A stretch of 32,000 nt of DNA from NCBI RefSeq assembly GCF_002945325.1, contig NZ_CP026606.1, positions 90,001 through 122,000 on the forward strand, written 5' to 3'. Made by a program: the position numbers and the translations under genes. This document shows, piece by piece, positions 11,507-21,429 of this stretch (positions within the stretch are counted from its first letter, which is position 1; every line of letters starts with the position of its first letter). The notes under the pieces are model-generated. The model had not been told where the DNA came from, did no database searches, and was given only the letters and a program-made list of their open reading frames with translations. The stretch comes from Methanococcus maripaludis (GTDB lineage Archaea > AGJL01 > Methanococci > Methanococcales > Methanococcaceae).

Positions 11507-12472
11507 ATGGTCATCGGGTTTTTTCGTTCGAAATCTAACAAATTAAAAAAGCTTCTTGAAGAGGATATGATTAATGATGCCCAAAAAATGTTGGATGAGG
11601 ACGATTCATTAACTTCGGATTTATTTAAATATTTAAAAATGAATAGTGAGAATTTAAAAGCTAATGCTATTTATTTGCTCACAAAAAATTATTTAAAAAA
11701 TAATAAAGATATTTCTGAATTATATTCCCCTTTAAAAGCATTTTTATCACAAAAAAGCGAAGTTTTAGTTTTAAATTCATTAATGTCACTCAAACTGATA
11801 ACTGATGTTTTCCCTGAAGTTTATGAAAATTTTAGTTTAGAGGTAACTCAAATTAATAAGACTTTTGTTAATTTGGATATTAGGAGTTATACTGGGAATT
11901 TGATAAAAAAATACGGCAAATTTAAGGAGTATAATCTTTCGGATAATCAAAAAATGCTTCAAAAACATGTTAAACAGTTAATGAAGTCTTCAAAACAGGA
12001 ATCATTGTTTGGACGATTAATGGAAATTGGATCCTCATTGTTTGTTATAATGCCTGAAAAACTGGAAGTTACTGAAGAAATGCTTGAAGATTCAATTTCA
12101 AAAGATGATTTACAGTTTAATGTTTTCACGATTGAAACACTCAAATCAGGTAAAATAAAAGAAATGGATCCTTTAAATATTGTATACCAGCTATCGAAAC
12201 TGCCGACACTTACTAAAGGACAGGTGGATGATACTATGCCTCAAACGCTTGATTTGATGGGATGTTCAAAAAACATGATTGTAAGAAACATGGTATTAAA
12301 TACAGTTTATGAAGTATCAAAGAAGTATCCTGATGTACTTTATAAACACATTTCAGGACTTGAACTTTATGAAAAACAGTATGGTGGAAACGATCCAGTA
12401 TTTAAAGCAATTATCAAAGAAATTGCCAAAAAATATAATTTAGATAACTCTCCTCTTTCAAAATTACTTTAA
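11507..12472 (+). CDS. HEAT/ARM-like alpha-helical repeat protein
   Basis: ATG after GGTGAT. Sequence is almost all alpha-helical with HEAT-like units (VLVLNSLMSLKLITDVFPEVYENF, NMIVRNMVLNTVYEVSKKYPDVLYKHI). Confidence 0.75.
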   Translation: MVIGFFRSKSNKLKKLLEEDMINDAQKMLDEDDSLTSDLFKYLKMNSENLKANAIYLLTKNYLKNNKDISELYSPLKAFLSQKSEVLVLNSLMSLKLITDVFPEVYENFSLEVTQINKTFVNLDIRSYTGNLIKKYGKFKEYNLSDNQKMLQKHVKQLMKSSKQESLFGRLMEIGSSLFVIMPEKLEVTEEMLEDSISKDDLQFNVFTIETLKSGKIKEMDPLNIVYQLSKLPTLTKGQVDDTMPQTLDLMGCSKNMIVRNMVLNTVYEVSKKYPDVLYKHISGLELYEKQYGGNDPVFKAIIKEIAKKYNLDNSPLSKLL

Positions 12473-12499
12473 AATTTAATATTTTAAATAAAAAAATAT

Positions 12500-13381
12500 T
12501 TAGGATTTATACGGAAAGTTTTTTATTAACTCATTCATTTTTTCATTATCAATATATTCGTTATTTCCAATTTTTAGAACTTTTTCAGAAGTTACCCTTC
12601 CAAAAGGAGTTAATGGGCATCTATGTTTAACCGCAATTTCTAAAATATTTGAAACTTCATCTTCTGGAACGCTTACTAAATATGTTCCAAGATATCTTGT
12701 AGCCCTTGGATATGGAAGTCCTGTTATTTCAACACCATTTTGAGCTTTCAAAAGCATTTCTAAAATGTTACAAAGCCAGCCTCCTCTTGAAGCATCTTTA
12801 CAGGCGTGAACTTCAATATCATTTTTTAAAATATCTAAAAATGTATCAAATTTATTTTTTGCTTTTTGAACTCTTTCTCCAATATCCCCTTCTACAGGGT
12901 GTCCGAGCATTAGCATTACATCGTTATCTTTTGAACCAGAATCTCGAATTATTTTGTCTGAAATAAGTTCACCAAAAACAACTACACTCATGCAGGATTT
13001 TAATGACTCAATTGTTTGGGTGTTTCCACCTATTATTGGAATATTAAGTCCGATTGACTGTTTTTTTAATCCATCTATTGCAATTTCAATTTCTTCTTCG
13101 TTTGCAGCCTGAATTGCATCCATTGCATAAAGCGGTTTTGCACCCATTGCAACGATATCACATGTAGTGTGGATAAGTGCGGTTTTTGAGCCTAAAATTA
13201 ATGGGTATGGCCCTTCCATATTGTAAACAGATTTTCCGATAACTACTCCGTCATCTCCTGCGCGAATACCGCATGAAAGACCTGGAACTTTTGAATCCAT
13301 GCCCCAAAATTCTTTTCTAGGATAATTATTTTCCATCATATGTTCTATTGCATAGTTAATTTCGTACTCGATATTTTCCAT
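12500..13381 (-). CDS. AIR synthase-related protein (PurM/HypE/SelD superfamily)
   Basis: AGDDGVVIGKSV, HTTCDIVAMGAKPLYAMDAI, IPIIGGNTQT, and KDASRGGWLCNILEML match the superfamily layout. Confidence 0.85.
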   Translation of the reverse strand: MENIEYEINYAIEHMMENNYPRKEFWGMDSKVPGLSCGIRAGDDGVVIGKSVYNMEGPYPLILGSKTALIHTTCDIVAMGAKPLYAMDAIQAANEEEIEIAIDGLKKQSIGLNIPIIGGNTQTIESLKSCMSVVVFGELISDKIIRDSGSKDNDVMLMLGHPVEGDIGERVQKAKNKFDTFLDILKNDIEVHACKDASRGGWLCNILEMLLKAQNGVEITGLPYPRATRYLGTYLVSVPEDEVSNILEIAVKHRCPLTPFGRVTSEKVLKIGNNEYIDNEKMNELIKNFPYKS

Positions 13382-13555
13382 GTTCTCACGTTAAATTATA
13401 TAAATCATTTAAATTATAGTTTAAGAAGATTTAAAGACATTTTTAATTAGTTATAATGATATCTATTCAAGATAGGGATTATTTTTATATAAATATTCCT
13501 TTTATAAGGTCATTGAGCAATATAAAAATTTCATAACTACTGAGTGTGTGAAATA

Positions 13556-13897
13556 ATGGTAAAACTTAACAAAAATGAACTTGAACTTATAACTCAAGTG
13601 TTAAAACGAGCAGAATCAATTTCAAGGGATGTTAATCCCGAATCTTTTATTTATTCGGATGATATGTATATTGGAAGAAATGATTCCTGTAGAACCGCAC
13701 TTTATGCGATAGATAATAAAGAGTTTTTGGAAGATTTTGGTGAAGAAGAATTTGAAGAAATAGTTTGGGATGAACTTAAACTTTATGAAGATTATCTTTA
13801 CGAAAAACAGGCTAAGTCTGGGAAATCAGAAGAAATTTCTGAAAAAATTACCGAAGTTAAAAAATTAATTAAAAAAATAAAACCTTATGAGGAATAA
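13556..13897 (+). CDS. Conserved hypothetical protein, charged and helical
   Basis: MVKLNKNELELITQVLKRAESISRD. The ATG at 13556 is an alternative to the GTG at 13544. No family assigned. Confidence 0.7.
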   Translation: MVKLNKNELELITQVLKRAESISRDVNPESFIYSDDMYIGRNDSCRTALYAIDNKEFLEDFGEEEFEEIVWDELKLYEDYLYEKQAKSGKSEEISEKITEVKKLIKKIKPYEE

Positions 13898-14021
13898 ATA
13901 TTAATTTAATTATTCATTTATTTTGATGTTGCATATTACAGAGTATTTTTATACGCTTAAGGCATATTGTATCTCTGCTTTAAATTGAACAATAATAAGG
14001 TGCGAGTTTTTTGGTGGTTTT

Positions 14022-15041
14022 ATGAGAAACACTCCCAAAATTTGTGTTATCAACGGTGACGGTATTGGAAACGAAGTAGTTCCAGAAACGGTGCGAGTTT
14101 TAAATGAAATTGGTGACTTCGAATTCATTCATACCCATGCAGGTTACGAATGTTTTAAAAGATGTGGCGATGCGATACCTGAAAACACAATTGAAATTGC
14201 AAAAGAATCTGATTGTATTTTATTTGGATCAGTTACCACACCAAAACCGACTGAATTAAAAAATAAATCATATAGAAGTCCAATATTAACTTTAAGAAAA
14301 GAACTTGACCTTTATGCAAATATTAGGCCAACTTATAACTTTGATAATCTTGATTTTGTTATAATTCGAGAAAATACTGAAGGACTCTATGTAAAAAAAG
14401 AATATTACGACGAAAAAAACGAAGTTGCAATTGCTGAGCGAATAATTTCAAAATTTGGAAGTTCTAGAATTGTAAAATTTGCTTTTGATTACGCAGTTCA
14501 AAATAATAGAAAAAAAGTATCCTGTATACATAAAGCAAATGTATTAAGGGTTACTGATGGATTATTTTTAGAAGTTTTCGAAGAAATATCTAAACATTAC
14601 GAAAAATTAGGAATAAAATCTGATGATTATCTAATTGACGCGACAGCAATGTATTTGATTAGAAACCCGCAAATGTTTGATGTATTGGTTACAACAAATC
14701 TTTTCGGAGACATATTATCTGATGAAGCTGCAGGACTTATTGGTGGACTTGGAATGTCTCCTTCGGCAAACATTGGCGACAAAAATGGATTATTTGAGCC
14801 AGTTCACGGATCTGCACCAGACATTGCGGGAAAAGGAATTTCAAACCCGATTGCAACAATATTGAGTGCTGCAATGATGCTTGACCATTTAAAGATGAAT
14901 AATGAAGCTGAATATATTAGAAATGCGGTTAAAAAAACGGTTGAATGTAAATATTTAACTCCTGATCTTGGGGGAAACTTAAAAACTTTTGAAGTTACGG
15001 AAAAAATCATTGAATCCATAAGGTCTCAGATGATTCAGTGA
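14022..15041 (+). CDS. aksF: Isocitrate/isopropylmalate dehydrogenase family, most likely homoisocitrate dehydrogenase
   Basis: GDGIGNEVVPE N-terminus, NTEGLYVKKE, NLFGDILSDEAAGLIGGLG, VHGSAPDIAGKGISNP. Closer to the AksF type than to LeuB by recall of the M. jannaschii MJ1596 sequence. Confidence 0.82.
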   Translation: MRNTPKICVINGDGIGNEVVPETVRVLNEIGDFEFIHTHAGYECFKRCGDAIPENTIEIAKESDCILFGSVTTPKPTELKNKSYRSPILTLRKELDLYANIRPTYNFDNLDFVIIRENTEGLYVKKEYYDEKNEVAIAERIISKFGSSRIVKFAFDYAVQNNRKKVSCIHKANVLRVTDGLFLEVFEEISKHYEKLGIKSDDYLIDATAMYLIRNPQMFDVLVTTNLFGDILSDEAAGLIGGLGMSPSANIGDKNGLFEPVHGSAPDIAGKGISNPIATILSAAMMLDHLKMNNEAEYIRNAVKKTVECKYLTPDLGGNLKTFEVTEKIIESIRSQMIQ

Positions 15042-15103
15042 GCATACTAAAATTTAAAAACTATTAGGTAAAACACATATCTGTAAATTGATCGGTGATT
15101 TTC

Positions 15104-16648
15104 ATGAGATTTGAACTTGAAGGGAGAATAATTTTTAGCAAGGATGTAGAAGAAGAAACACAAAAAGATATTATTGAAGTTTTGGAAAATGGGGACATTT
15201 TTTTAAAGGGTGTTCCAGAAGGCAAAGAAAACGAAGCTTCAAAAATTGAAGGTTATGAATTCCAAGGAAAAGATTTAAAACTTAACATGACTTCAGGAAC
15301 ATACACGCGAGCACACGAAGGTATTGTGAGATTAAAAAAACCGATAATGGAAAAAGTTGGAAGAAAACACCAGATCGGTATTCGAGATGTTGCAATTGAT
15401 AGTTACGTTGTAACAATTACCGCAACACCTTCAAAAGTTGCTGAATTAAAAGGATTAAAAGTTCCAGAATGCGAAGTTGAATTAGATGGCGAAAAAATTA
15501 AAATTCTCTTTAAAAATTTGGGCGATGGAGAATTAAAAAGAAATATAATCGATAGGGCAATCAAATTTGTTAAAACCGAGCTTGATAAACAAGAACAGGA
15601 TTTAACTTTTGAAGTCTGTAAAATTGCACCTGGAACTATTGTTTCAGACTACAAAGCAAAAAGAGAAATTACATTTGATAAAGACCCAACTGAATTAGCA
15701 GAACCCTATGGGTGGGTAAAAAGATTCCCTGGAAGAGGACAGTGGTTTTACACAGCCCCAATGGCAAAATTATTCAGAGCATTTGAAAGCTTAATTGTCG
15801 AAGAATGTATCGAAAAAATAGGATTTGACGAATGCTTATTCCCTAAATTAATTCCTCTGGATGTAATGTATAAAATGAGATATTTAGAAGGACTCCCTGA
15901 AGGAATGTACTATGTATGCCCTCCAAAAAGAGAACCTGAAATGTTTAAGGATTTCGTAAATGAAATGATGATTAAAAAAGAAATTCCAATTGAAAAATTA
16001 AAAACATTATTGAGAGATCCAGGATATGTTTTAGCACCTGCACAGTGCGAACCATTCTACACGTTCTTTGACCACGAATTAGTTGATGTTGACAGTCCTT
16101 CAAAATTCTTTGATAAAAGCGGATGGACTTACAGATGGGAAGGCGGCGGAGCTAAAGGTCTTGATAGGGTAAATGAATTCTTAAGAGGGGAATGTGTATG
16201 GATGGGAAGCCCTGAATTTGTAGAAAAAGTAAGGGACGATACATTAAAATACGCAGAAAAATTAGCAGAAAAATTAGATTTAGAATACTGGACCGAAGTT
16301 GGAGACGATCCATTCTATTTAGAAGGTAGGAAAAACGAAGACAGAGGAATTGAATTCCCTGACGTTCCAAAATATGAAATGAGACTCTGGCTACCTCACG
16401 TAAAAGATGAAAGAAAAGGAGTTGCAGTAACTTCAGCAAATATTCACGGAACCCACTTTGTAGAAGGATTTGGAATTAAAGACTACAAAGATAGAAAAGT
16501 ATGGACTGGATGTACGGGCTACGGATTATCAAGATGGTTAATTGGATTTTTAGCACAGTACGGCTACAACTACGAAGACTGGCCTGAAATAATTCAGAAA
16601 AAAGTTGGAAAATTGCCAGAAATCCCTAAATTAATCACTTGGCCATAA
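15104..16648 (+). CDS. proS: Prolyl-tRNA synthetase
   Basis: [28 protein letters not shown] and Methanococcus-type class II synthetase core. GGTGAT supports the ATG at 15104 over the GTG at 15095. Confidence 0.92.
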   Translation: MRFELEGRIIFSKDVEEETQKDIIEVLENGDIFLKGVPEGKENEASKIEGYEFQGKDLKLNMTSGTYTRAHEGIVRLKKPIMEKVGRKHQIGIRDVAIDSYVVTITATPSKVAELKGLKVPECEVELDGEKIKILFKNLGDGELKRNIIDRAIKFVKTELDKQEQDLTFEVCKIAPGTIVSDYKAKREITFDKDPTELAEPYGWVKRFPGRGQWFYTAPMAKLFRAFESLIVEECIEKIGFDECLFPKLIPLDVMYKMRYLEGLPEGMYYVCPPKREPEMFKDFVNEMMIKKEIPIEKLKTLLRDPGYVLAPAQCEPFYTFFDHELVDVDSPSKFFDKSGWTYRWEGGGAKGLDRVNEFLRGECVWMGSPEFVEKVRDDTLKYAEKLAEKLDLEYWTEVGDDPFYLEGRKNEDRGIEFPDVPKYEMRLWLPHVKDERKGVAVTSANIHGTHFVEGFGIKDYKDRKVWTGCTGYGLSRWLIGFLAQYGYNYEDWPEIIQKKVGKLPEIPKLITWP

Positions 16649-16789
16649 GCTAAAAATATCTATTATATCCTTTTTTACGGAATATTATTGATTATTTAGA
16701 CTATTAACGTAAGAAAAATAGTTTTTTTAAGGAGCAATATTTTATACAATAATTTACACAGTACATAATGTCACTGGGGGGTGTACATT

Positions 16790-16915
16790 ATGGATTTAAA
16801 CTATGTGATAAATACAGTTCTCGGCTGTTATGATACTATCTTCATATCTTTAGCCGTCGTTGGAATTTCTGTATGGAGTACTTTTTGGTTTTGGGTAACT
16901 ACCTTAGAATCCTGA
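16790..16915 (+). CDS. Unlisted small hydrophobic protein, 41 aa: MDLNYVINTVLGCYDTIFISLAVVGISVWSTFWFWVTTLES
   Basis: ATG at 16790 preceded by GGGGGGTG (16776-16783). One predicted TM helix with a Trp/Phe-rich segment. Ends 6 bp before the convergent RNase P gene. Confidence 0.6.
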   Translation: MDLNYVINTVLGCYDTIFISLAVVGISVWSTFWFWVTTLES

Positions 16916-16920
16916 GATAA

Positions 16921-17313
16921 TTACTTTTTTGGGCCTTTTCTTTTTAATTTTTGTATAACTTTATAGTACGGTTCGTGGGGCACGTGCAAAAATTTCTCAC
17001 GAATGTGTTTTACAGAGTTTGAAATTCCAATTATACGTATGTTTATCGGCTTTTTTTTATGTTCACCCATTAAACTTAGTGAACTTCTTAAAGTATCGAC
17101 TTCTTCTCGTGAAATTCGAAGTATTCCATACGGATGGTTGTAATCAATTAACCATGGATTCGTTTTTGAACAACCCAAAACTCCTGAATAGTTCAATAAA
17201 GCATTTCTAACAACAGATATTACGTCTTTTTGAGATAGTTCCATCTCGTAAATAATCTCAAGTGCTACGTATCGTTTTTTTTCTCTTAATGTTGGAGGTA
17301 GTGTTTTTAACAT
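16921..17313 (-). CDS. rnp2: Ribonuclease P protein component 2 (Pop5 family)
   Basis: MLKTLPPTLREKKRYVALEI is the characteristic archaeal Rnp2/Pop5 N-terminus. Confidence 0.93.
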   Translation of the reverse strand: MLKTLPPTLREKKRYVALEIIYEMELSQKDVISVVRNALLNYSGVLGCSKTNPWLIDYNHPYGILRISREEVDTLRSSLSLMGEHKKKPINIRIIGISNSVKHIREKFLHVPHEPYYKVIQKLKRKGPKK

Positions 17314-17398
17314 CTTATATTTCCCCTATATATACTAAAATAAAAATAATAAACGCAATATTTATAATAATTGGGCCAGTTATAAAAACTTGGTGATT

Positions 17399-18241
17399 AT
17401 TGTGTTGAAAAATCATGCTTTAAGGATATTGGAAGAATCACTCGATTATGATGTAGGTTTTGGAGACCTGACTACAGAATTAATGATACCTAAAAATCAG
17501 GAATCAGAAGCAGTATTTATTGCTAAAGAAAAATCTATAATCTGTGGAATTGATTTTGTAATTGAATTTATGGAAAAAAACGGATTAACCTGTACTCCAT
17601 TGGTAAATGAAGGCGATAATGTTATTGGACCTTTTTTAAAAGTTAAGGGAAACACAAAAACGATAATAACTCTCGAAAGGACAGCGTTAAACTTTTTAAT
17701 GCACCTTTCTGGAATTTCAACTAAAACTAACAGGATAATTAACGAAGTAAGAAAAATTAATAAAACTGTAAAAATTGCAGCAACGAGAAAAACTCACCCG
17801 CTACTTTCAATGATCGAAAAATATGCAGTTTTTGTTGGCGGTGGGGATACCCACAGATTCAGGCTTGATGACATGGTAATGATTAAAGATAACCACATTC
17901 AGGCAGTTGGAATTGATGAATGTTTTAAAAGAGCTGAAAAATTAAGCTTTTCTAAAAAAATTGAAGTAGAAGTTGATAATCTCGATCAGTTGAAAAAAGT
18001 AATCGAATATAAGCCTGACATAATACTTCTCGACAATTTTGAATTTAAAAATATAGAAACTGCATTAAATATCGTTTCAGAATTTGGAAAGAAAACCGGG
18101 TTTAAACCAAAAATTGAACTTAGCGGCGGAATAAATGAAAATAACGTAGAAAAATATGCAAAATATAATGTAGACGTTATTTCAATGGGTTCATTAATTC
18201 ATTCGGCCACTTCTGTTGATATCGGACTTGATTTACTTTAA
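17399..18241 (+). CDS. nadC: Nicotinate-nucleotide pyrophosphorylase (quinolinate phosphoribosyltransferase)
   Basis: DVGFGDLTTELM, ERTALNFLMHLSGIST, ATRKTHPL, GGGDTHRFRLDDMVMIKDNH, ELSGGI, ISMGSLIHS. GGTGAT at about 17382-17387 favours a start at GTG 17399 or TTG 17402 over GTG 17390. Confidence 0.95.
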   Translation: MVLKNHALRILEESLDYDVGFGDLTTELMIPKNQESEAVFIAKEKSIICGIDFVIEFMEKNGLTCTPLVNEGDNVIGPFLKVKGNTKTIITLERTALNFLMHLSGISTKTNRIINEVRKINKTVKIAATRKTHPLLSMIEKYAVFVGGGDTHRFRLDDMVMIKDNHIQAVGIDECFKRAEKLSFSKKIEVEVDNLDQLKKVIEYKPDIILLDNFEFKNIETALNIVSEFGKKTGFKPKIELSGGINENNVEKYAKYNVDVISMGSLIHSATSVDIGLDLL

Positions 18242-18263
18242 AATATTAATTTAAAGGATTTAT

Positions 18264-19322
18264 ATGATAACAAAAAGTGAAGCACTTGATTTTTTAAAAT
18301 CTAATTCAACAAATTCCATTTTGGAAAAATTAGGGAAAATAAATGCAGAAAATACATCAAAATATGTCACTTTTTCAAAGAATGCATTTATTCCAGTCTG
18401 CAACTGGTGCAGGAACGTCTGCGGATACTGTACCTTTAGAAACGAAAACTTCAAATTGTTAAAAATGGATGAAATGAAAGAAATTTTAACTAAAGCAGAT
18501 ACTTTCGGATGCAGGGAAGCACTTTTTACTTTTGGAGAAAATGTTGACGAAAATGAAAAAGTAAAAGAAGAATTGAAAAAAATGGGATATTCTGGAATTT
18601 TAGAATATCTTTATGAAATAAGTGCGTGGTGCCTTGAAAACACGAATCTTTTACCGCACACTAACTGCGGTATTTTATCTTATGATGAACTCAAATACTT
18701 AAGGGAAGTAAACGCTTCAATGGGTTTGATGCTTGAAAATTCAAGTGCGAGATTATGCGGGACTATTGCACATGAAAAGAGTCCTGGAAAAGATCCCAAT
18801 TTAAGAATTGAAATGATCGAAAATGCTGGAAAATTAAAAATTCCATTTACTACGGGAATATTAATTGGGATTGGAGAAACGCTTGAAGAACGTATTGATT
18901 CCATATTTGAGATTAAACGAATTTATGAAAAGTACGGGCACATTCAGGAAGTAATCGTTCAAAATTTTAGATCAAAACCACAAATTCCAATGGAAAATTA
19001 CAGAGAACCAAGTCCAATTGAAATGTTTAAAATGATAATTCTTTCAAAATTAATTTTAGATGATATTTCAATTCAGGTTCCACCTAATTTAAATCGAGAA
19101 ACAGGACAGTTATTTTTAATGGCTGGAATCGATGATTGGGGGGGAGTTTCACCATTAACTAAAGACTTTGTAAACCCCGAAGCCCCATGGCCAGATATTG
19201 AAGAATTAAACAGCTTTTCAAAAGAACTTGGATATACTTTAAAAGAAAGGCTTCCAGTTTATGAAAAATATATTACAAAAGAATGGATTGATAAAAAAAT
19301 TTTAGAAAAAATTAATAAATAA
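18264..19322 (+). CDS. cofG: 7,8-didemethyl-8-hydroxy-5-deazariboflavin synthase, CofG subunit
   Basis: Radical SAM motif [13 protein letters not shown] and downstream [19 protein letters not shown] typical of CofG. Confidence 0.94.
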   Translation: MITKSEALDFLKSNSTNSILEKLGKINAENTSKYVTFSKNAFIPVCNWCRNVCGYCTFRNENFKLLKMDEMKEILTKADTFGCREALFTFGENVDENEKVKEELKKMGYSGILEYLYEISAWCLENTNLLPHTNCGILSYDELKYLREVNASMGLMLENSSARLCGTIAHEKSPGKDPNLRIEMIENAGKLKIPFTTGILIGIGETLEERIDSIFEIKRIYEKYGHIQEVIVQNFRSKPQIPMENYREPSPIEMFKMIILSKLILDDISIQVPPNLNRETGQLFLMAGIDDWGGVSPLTKDFVNPEAPWPDIEELNSFSKELGYTLKERLPVYEKYITKEWIDKKILEKINK

Positions 19323-19331
19323 TTTACTTTT

Positions 19332-20978
19332 TTAAATCATTGCAATTAAGGCATTTGCTGCTTCTGTTGTAGCGATTCTATCGCCACCAGCAACAACTAA
19401 AACATCGTTTCCATTTGCAGTTTCAGAAACTACTGATAAAGTTGCAAGGGAATCATCATTAATTGCAATTAATCTAGTATCTGCTAATTCTTTAGTTATG
19501 GAGTTTACAAAAGGTCCTCCAACCAATATTAATGGATTTTCTGAAGATTCCATTGACGTTTCAGTATCCAACTTAACAACTGGGGCATTTACGGTTAGGG
19601 ATTCCTCATCTCCTGCGAAAATTGCATCTGCAACAATTTCTGCATTTAGTACATTTACTTTTTGGTTTTTTACTATGCTAACTTCTTTTTCTTCGTTCAT
19701 TTCAAAAAATACACTTAATTTATCGTCTTCATCTTCATCATCAAGGGTAAATGTTCCATAATTTGCAATGGTTATCTCATCTCCAGACCCAATATCTTCT
19801 AAATCATCTCCGACATATTTCAAAGCAAGTCCAACTTTTTTCTGCCCATATTCAAAACTTTTAAAATCATCAGTATATTCTAAAGTATTATTACCTTTTA
19901 AAATCCCGTATGTTTCCCAATCTGGAATATATTCTTCCCCCAAGGATAAGCACTTCATGTTGTTAACGATTACAAGTTCCGCATAACCATAATCAGAACC
20001 GATATTTTGCCAAGCGCTGTTAATCCTTACCCCGATTCCATTTGAACACATGTTTAATCTTGGGTTATCAAATACTTCTGTTATAACCTTGCCATCTTTT
20101 AAAAGCTGAGCATTTACCTTACATTCATTTTCATCATCTAAACTTTGTATGATATTTAAAATTTTAACTTCATATCCGTTGCCAAGAGTATATGATTCAC
20201 CTTCTTTAATTACTCCATCATAAACTTCTTTTCCAAGAGCAAATGAATCTTTATCAGCACTCATACCAATAATAACCCATTCTTCACCCATAAAAGGAAT
20301 TCTTTTTCCGGGACAAAGTGTTGTTATGTCGTCAAAAGAAGAAGCATCGTCTTTAAATGAAATAACTGCGTAAGCTAGCCCTTCTTCATTTATATTCCAT
20401 TCACCACTATCATTATTTAACTTTGCAAATAAAAATTCATAAGCATCGTCATCGCTATTAAACCAGTCTGATGGATCGATATCATCAACTGAGGATAATG
20501 TTGATAGTTTACCAAGTGACTTTGCACCATTATCTGCATCAAGGCCTGTTGAATCGTCATAAGTAATATCTGCTAAAACATCTGCATAATCATCATCTGC
20601 ACAAGCAATGAAAAGCCCGTTTCCATTTGATGTGAAGTTAATAGAATCATCTGCTGCATCATCATTTAGTAGATCGAAATCATCAGAACTTGCGGATGCA
20701 CTGACTGATAAGGTTGCAGAAGCGCTTTCATCATGCTGTTCTAAAAAGGATAATGATCCAATTTTTGCCGCGATATTAGCAGCAGATACAACATCTGATG
20801 CTACTGAATTTGAACCAACAATAATATCAATATTTGAATTATTCCCTGAAACAATGTCTGAAACGAAAGAATCTACATCCCCAACTTGCTCTACTGCAAA
20901 AGCGCTTGAAGATAATGTCGTGCCGAGCATCAAGCCACCTAAACCGATGCTAACTATTTTTTTAATACTAATTGCCAT
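19332..20978 (-). CDS. S-layer family surface protein
   Basis: Signal-like N-terminus MAISIKKIVSIGLGGLMLGTTLSSSAFA, then DIIVGSNSVASDVVSAANIAAKIGSLSF (S-layer N-terminal module), and C-terminal LILVGGPFVNSITKEL...VLVVAGGDRIATTEAANAL (S-layer C-terminal module). Confidence 0.88.
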   Translation of the reverse strand: MAISIKKIVSIGLGGLMLGTTLSSSAFAVEQVGDVDSFVSDIVSGNNSNIDIIVGSNSVASDVVSAANIAAKIGSLSFLEQHDESASATLSVSASASSDDFDLLNDDAADDSINFTSNGNGLFIACADDDYADVLADITYDDSTGLDADNGAKSLGKLSTLSSVDDIDPSDWFNSDDDAYEFLFAKLNNDSGEWNINEEGLAYAVISFKDDASSFDDITTLCPGKRIPFMGEEWVIIGMSADKDSFALGKEVYDGVIKEGESYTLGNGYEVKILNIIQSLDDENECKVNAQLLKDGKVITEVFDNPRLNMCSNGIGVRINSAWQNIGSDYGYAELVIVNNMKCLSLGEEYIPDWETYGILKGNNTLEYTDDFKSFEYGQKKVGLALKYVGDDLEDIGSGDEITIANYGTFTLDDEDEDDKLSVFFEMNEEKEVSIVKNQKVNVLNAEIVADAIFAGDEESLTVNAPVVKLDTETSMESSENPLILVGGPFVNSITKELADTRLIAINDDSLATLSVVSETANGNDVLVVAGGDRIATTEAANALIAMI

Positions 20979-21082
20979 TTATTCACCTGTTTATTTAATT
21001 TTTTAAAAATAAATTATCTGGAATTTAATAAGTCTCTCAGTTATTGTGATTATACGCACCCCTATTTTCACCTTTATATAAT

Positions 21083-21224
21083 GTAATTATAAATAATTAC
21101 TTTTTTTATAAAATAGTAATCACTATAGTTTACTATTATATATGTATTCTTACATATGGATACTTTAGCAAATTAAACGAGGTCTGTTGAAAATTCTGTA
21201 TGATATATTATAAAATATATCATA
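21083..21224. promoter_or_regulatory. Four perfect inverted repeats between the divergent S-layer-like and methyltransferase genes
   Basis: GTAATTATaaATAATTAC (21083-21100), AATAGTA/TACTATT (21112-21137), ATATGTAttctTACATAT (21140-21157), TATGATATATTataaAATATATCATA (21199-21224). A minus-strand TATA-like ATTATATAAAGG lies next to the first (about 21071-21082). Confidence 0.5.
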
Positions 21225-21429
21225 TTTAGTATATTCATTTACAAATTATGTAATAATTATGAATAATATTTAAATTTTATGATTTTTTTAATAAATTTTT
21301 AAAAATAAATCATATGAAATATATACAAGAACACAAATATTGTTACAAAAATAATAGGGTGAAATTATCGAAGTAGACTGGGCTGAACATTATCGGAAAA
21401 ATCATGCAAAAACACAATTTAAGTCTGAA

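Noticed and set aside
13931-13979. CAGAG...CTCTG inverted repeat upstream of aksF.
   Set aside because: The 5-bp arms have a long loop and are likely to be chance.
19498-21006. Plus-strand ORFs opposite the S-layer-like gene (19498-19761, 19768-19986, 20608-21006).
   Set aside because: They are Ser/Thr/Pro-rich reverse-strand readings of an acidic gene with good coding features on the minus strand.
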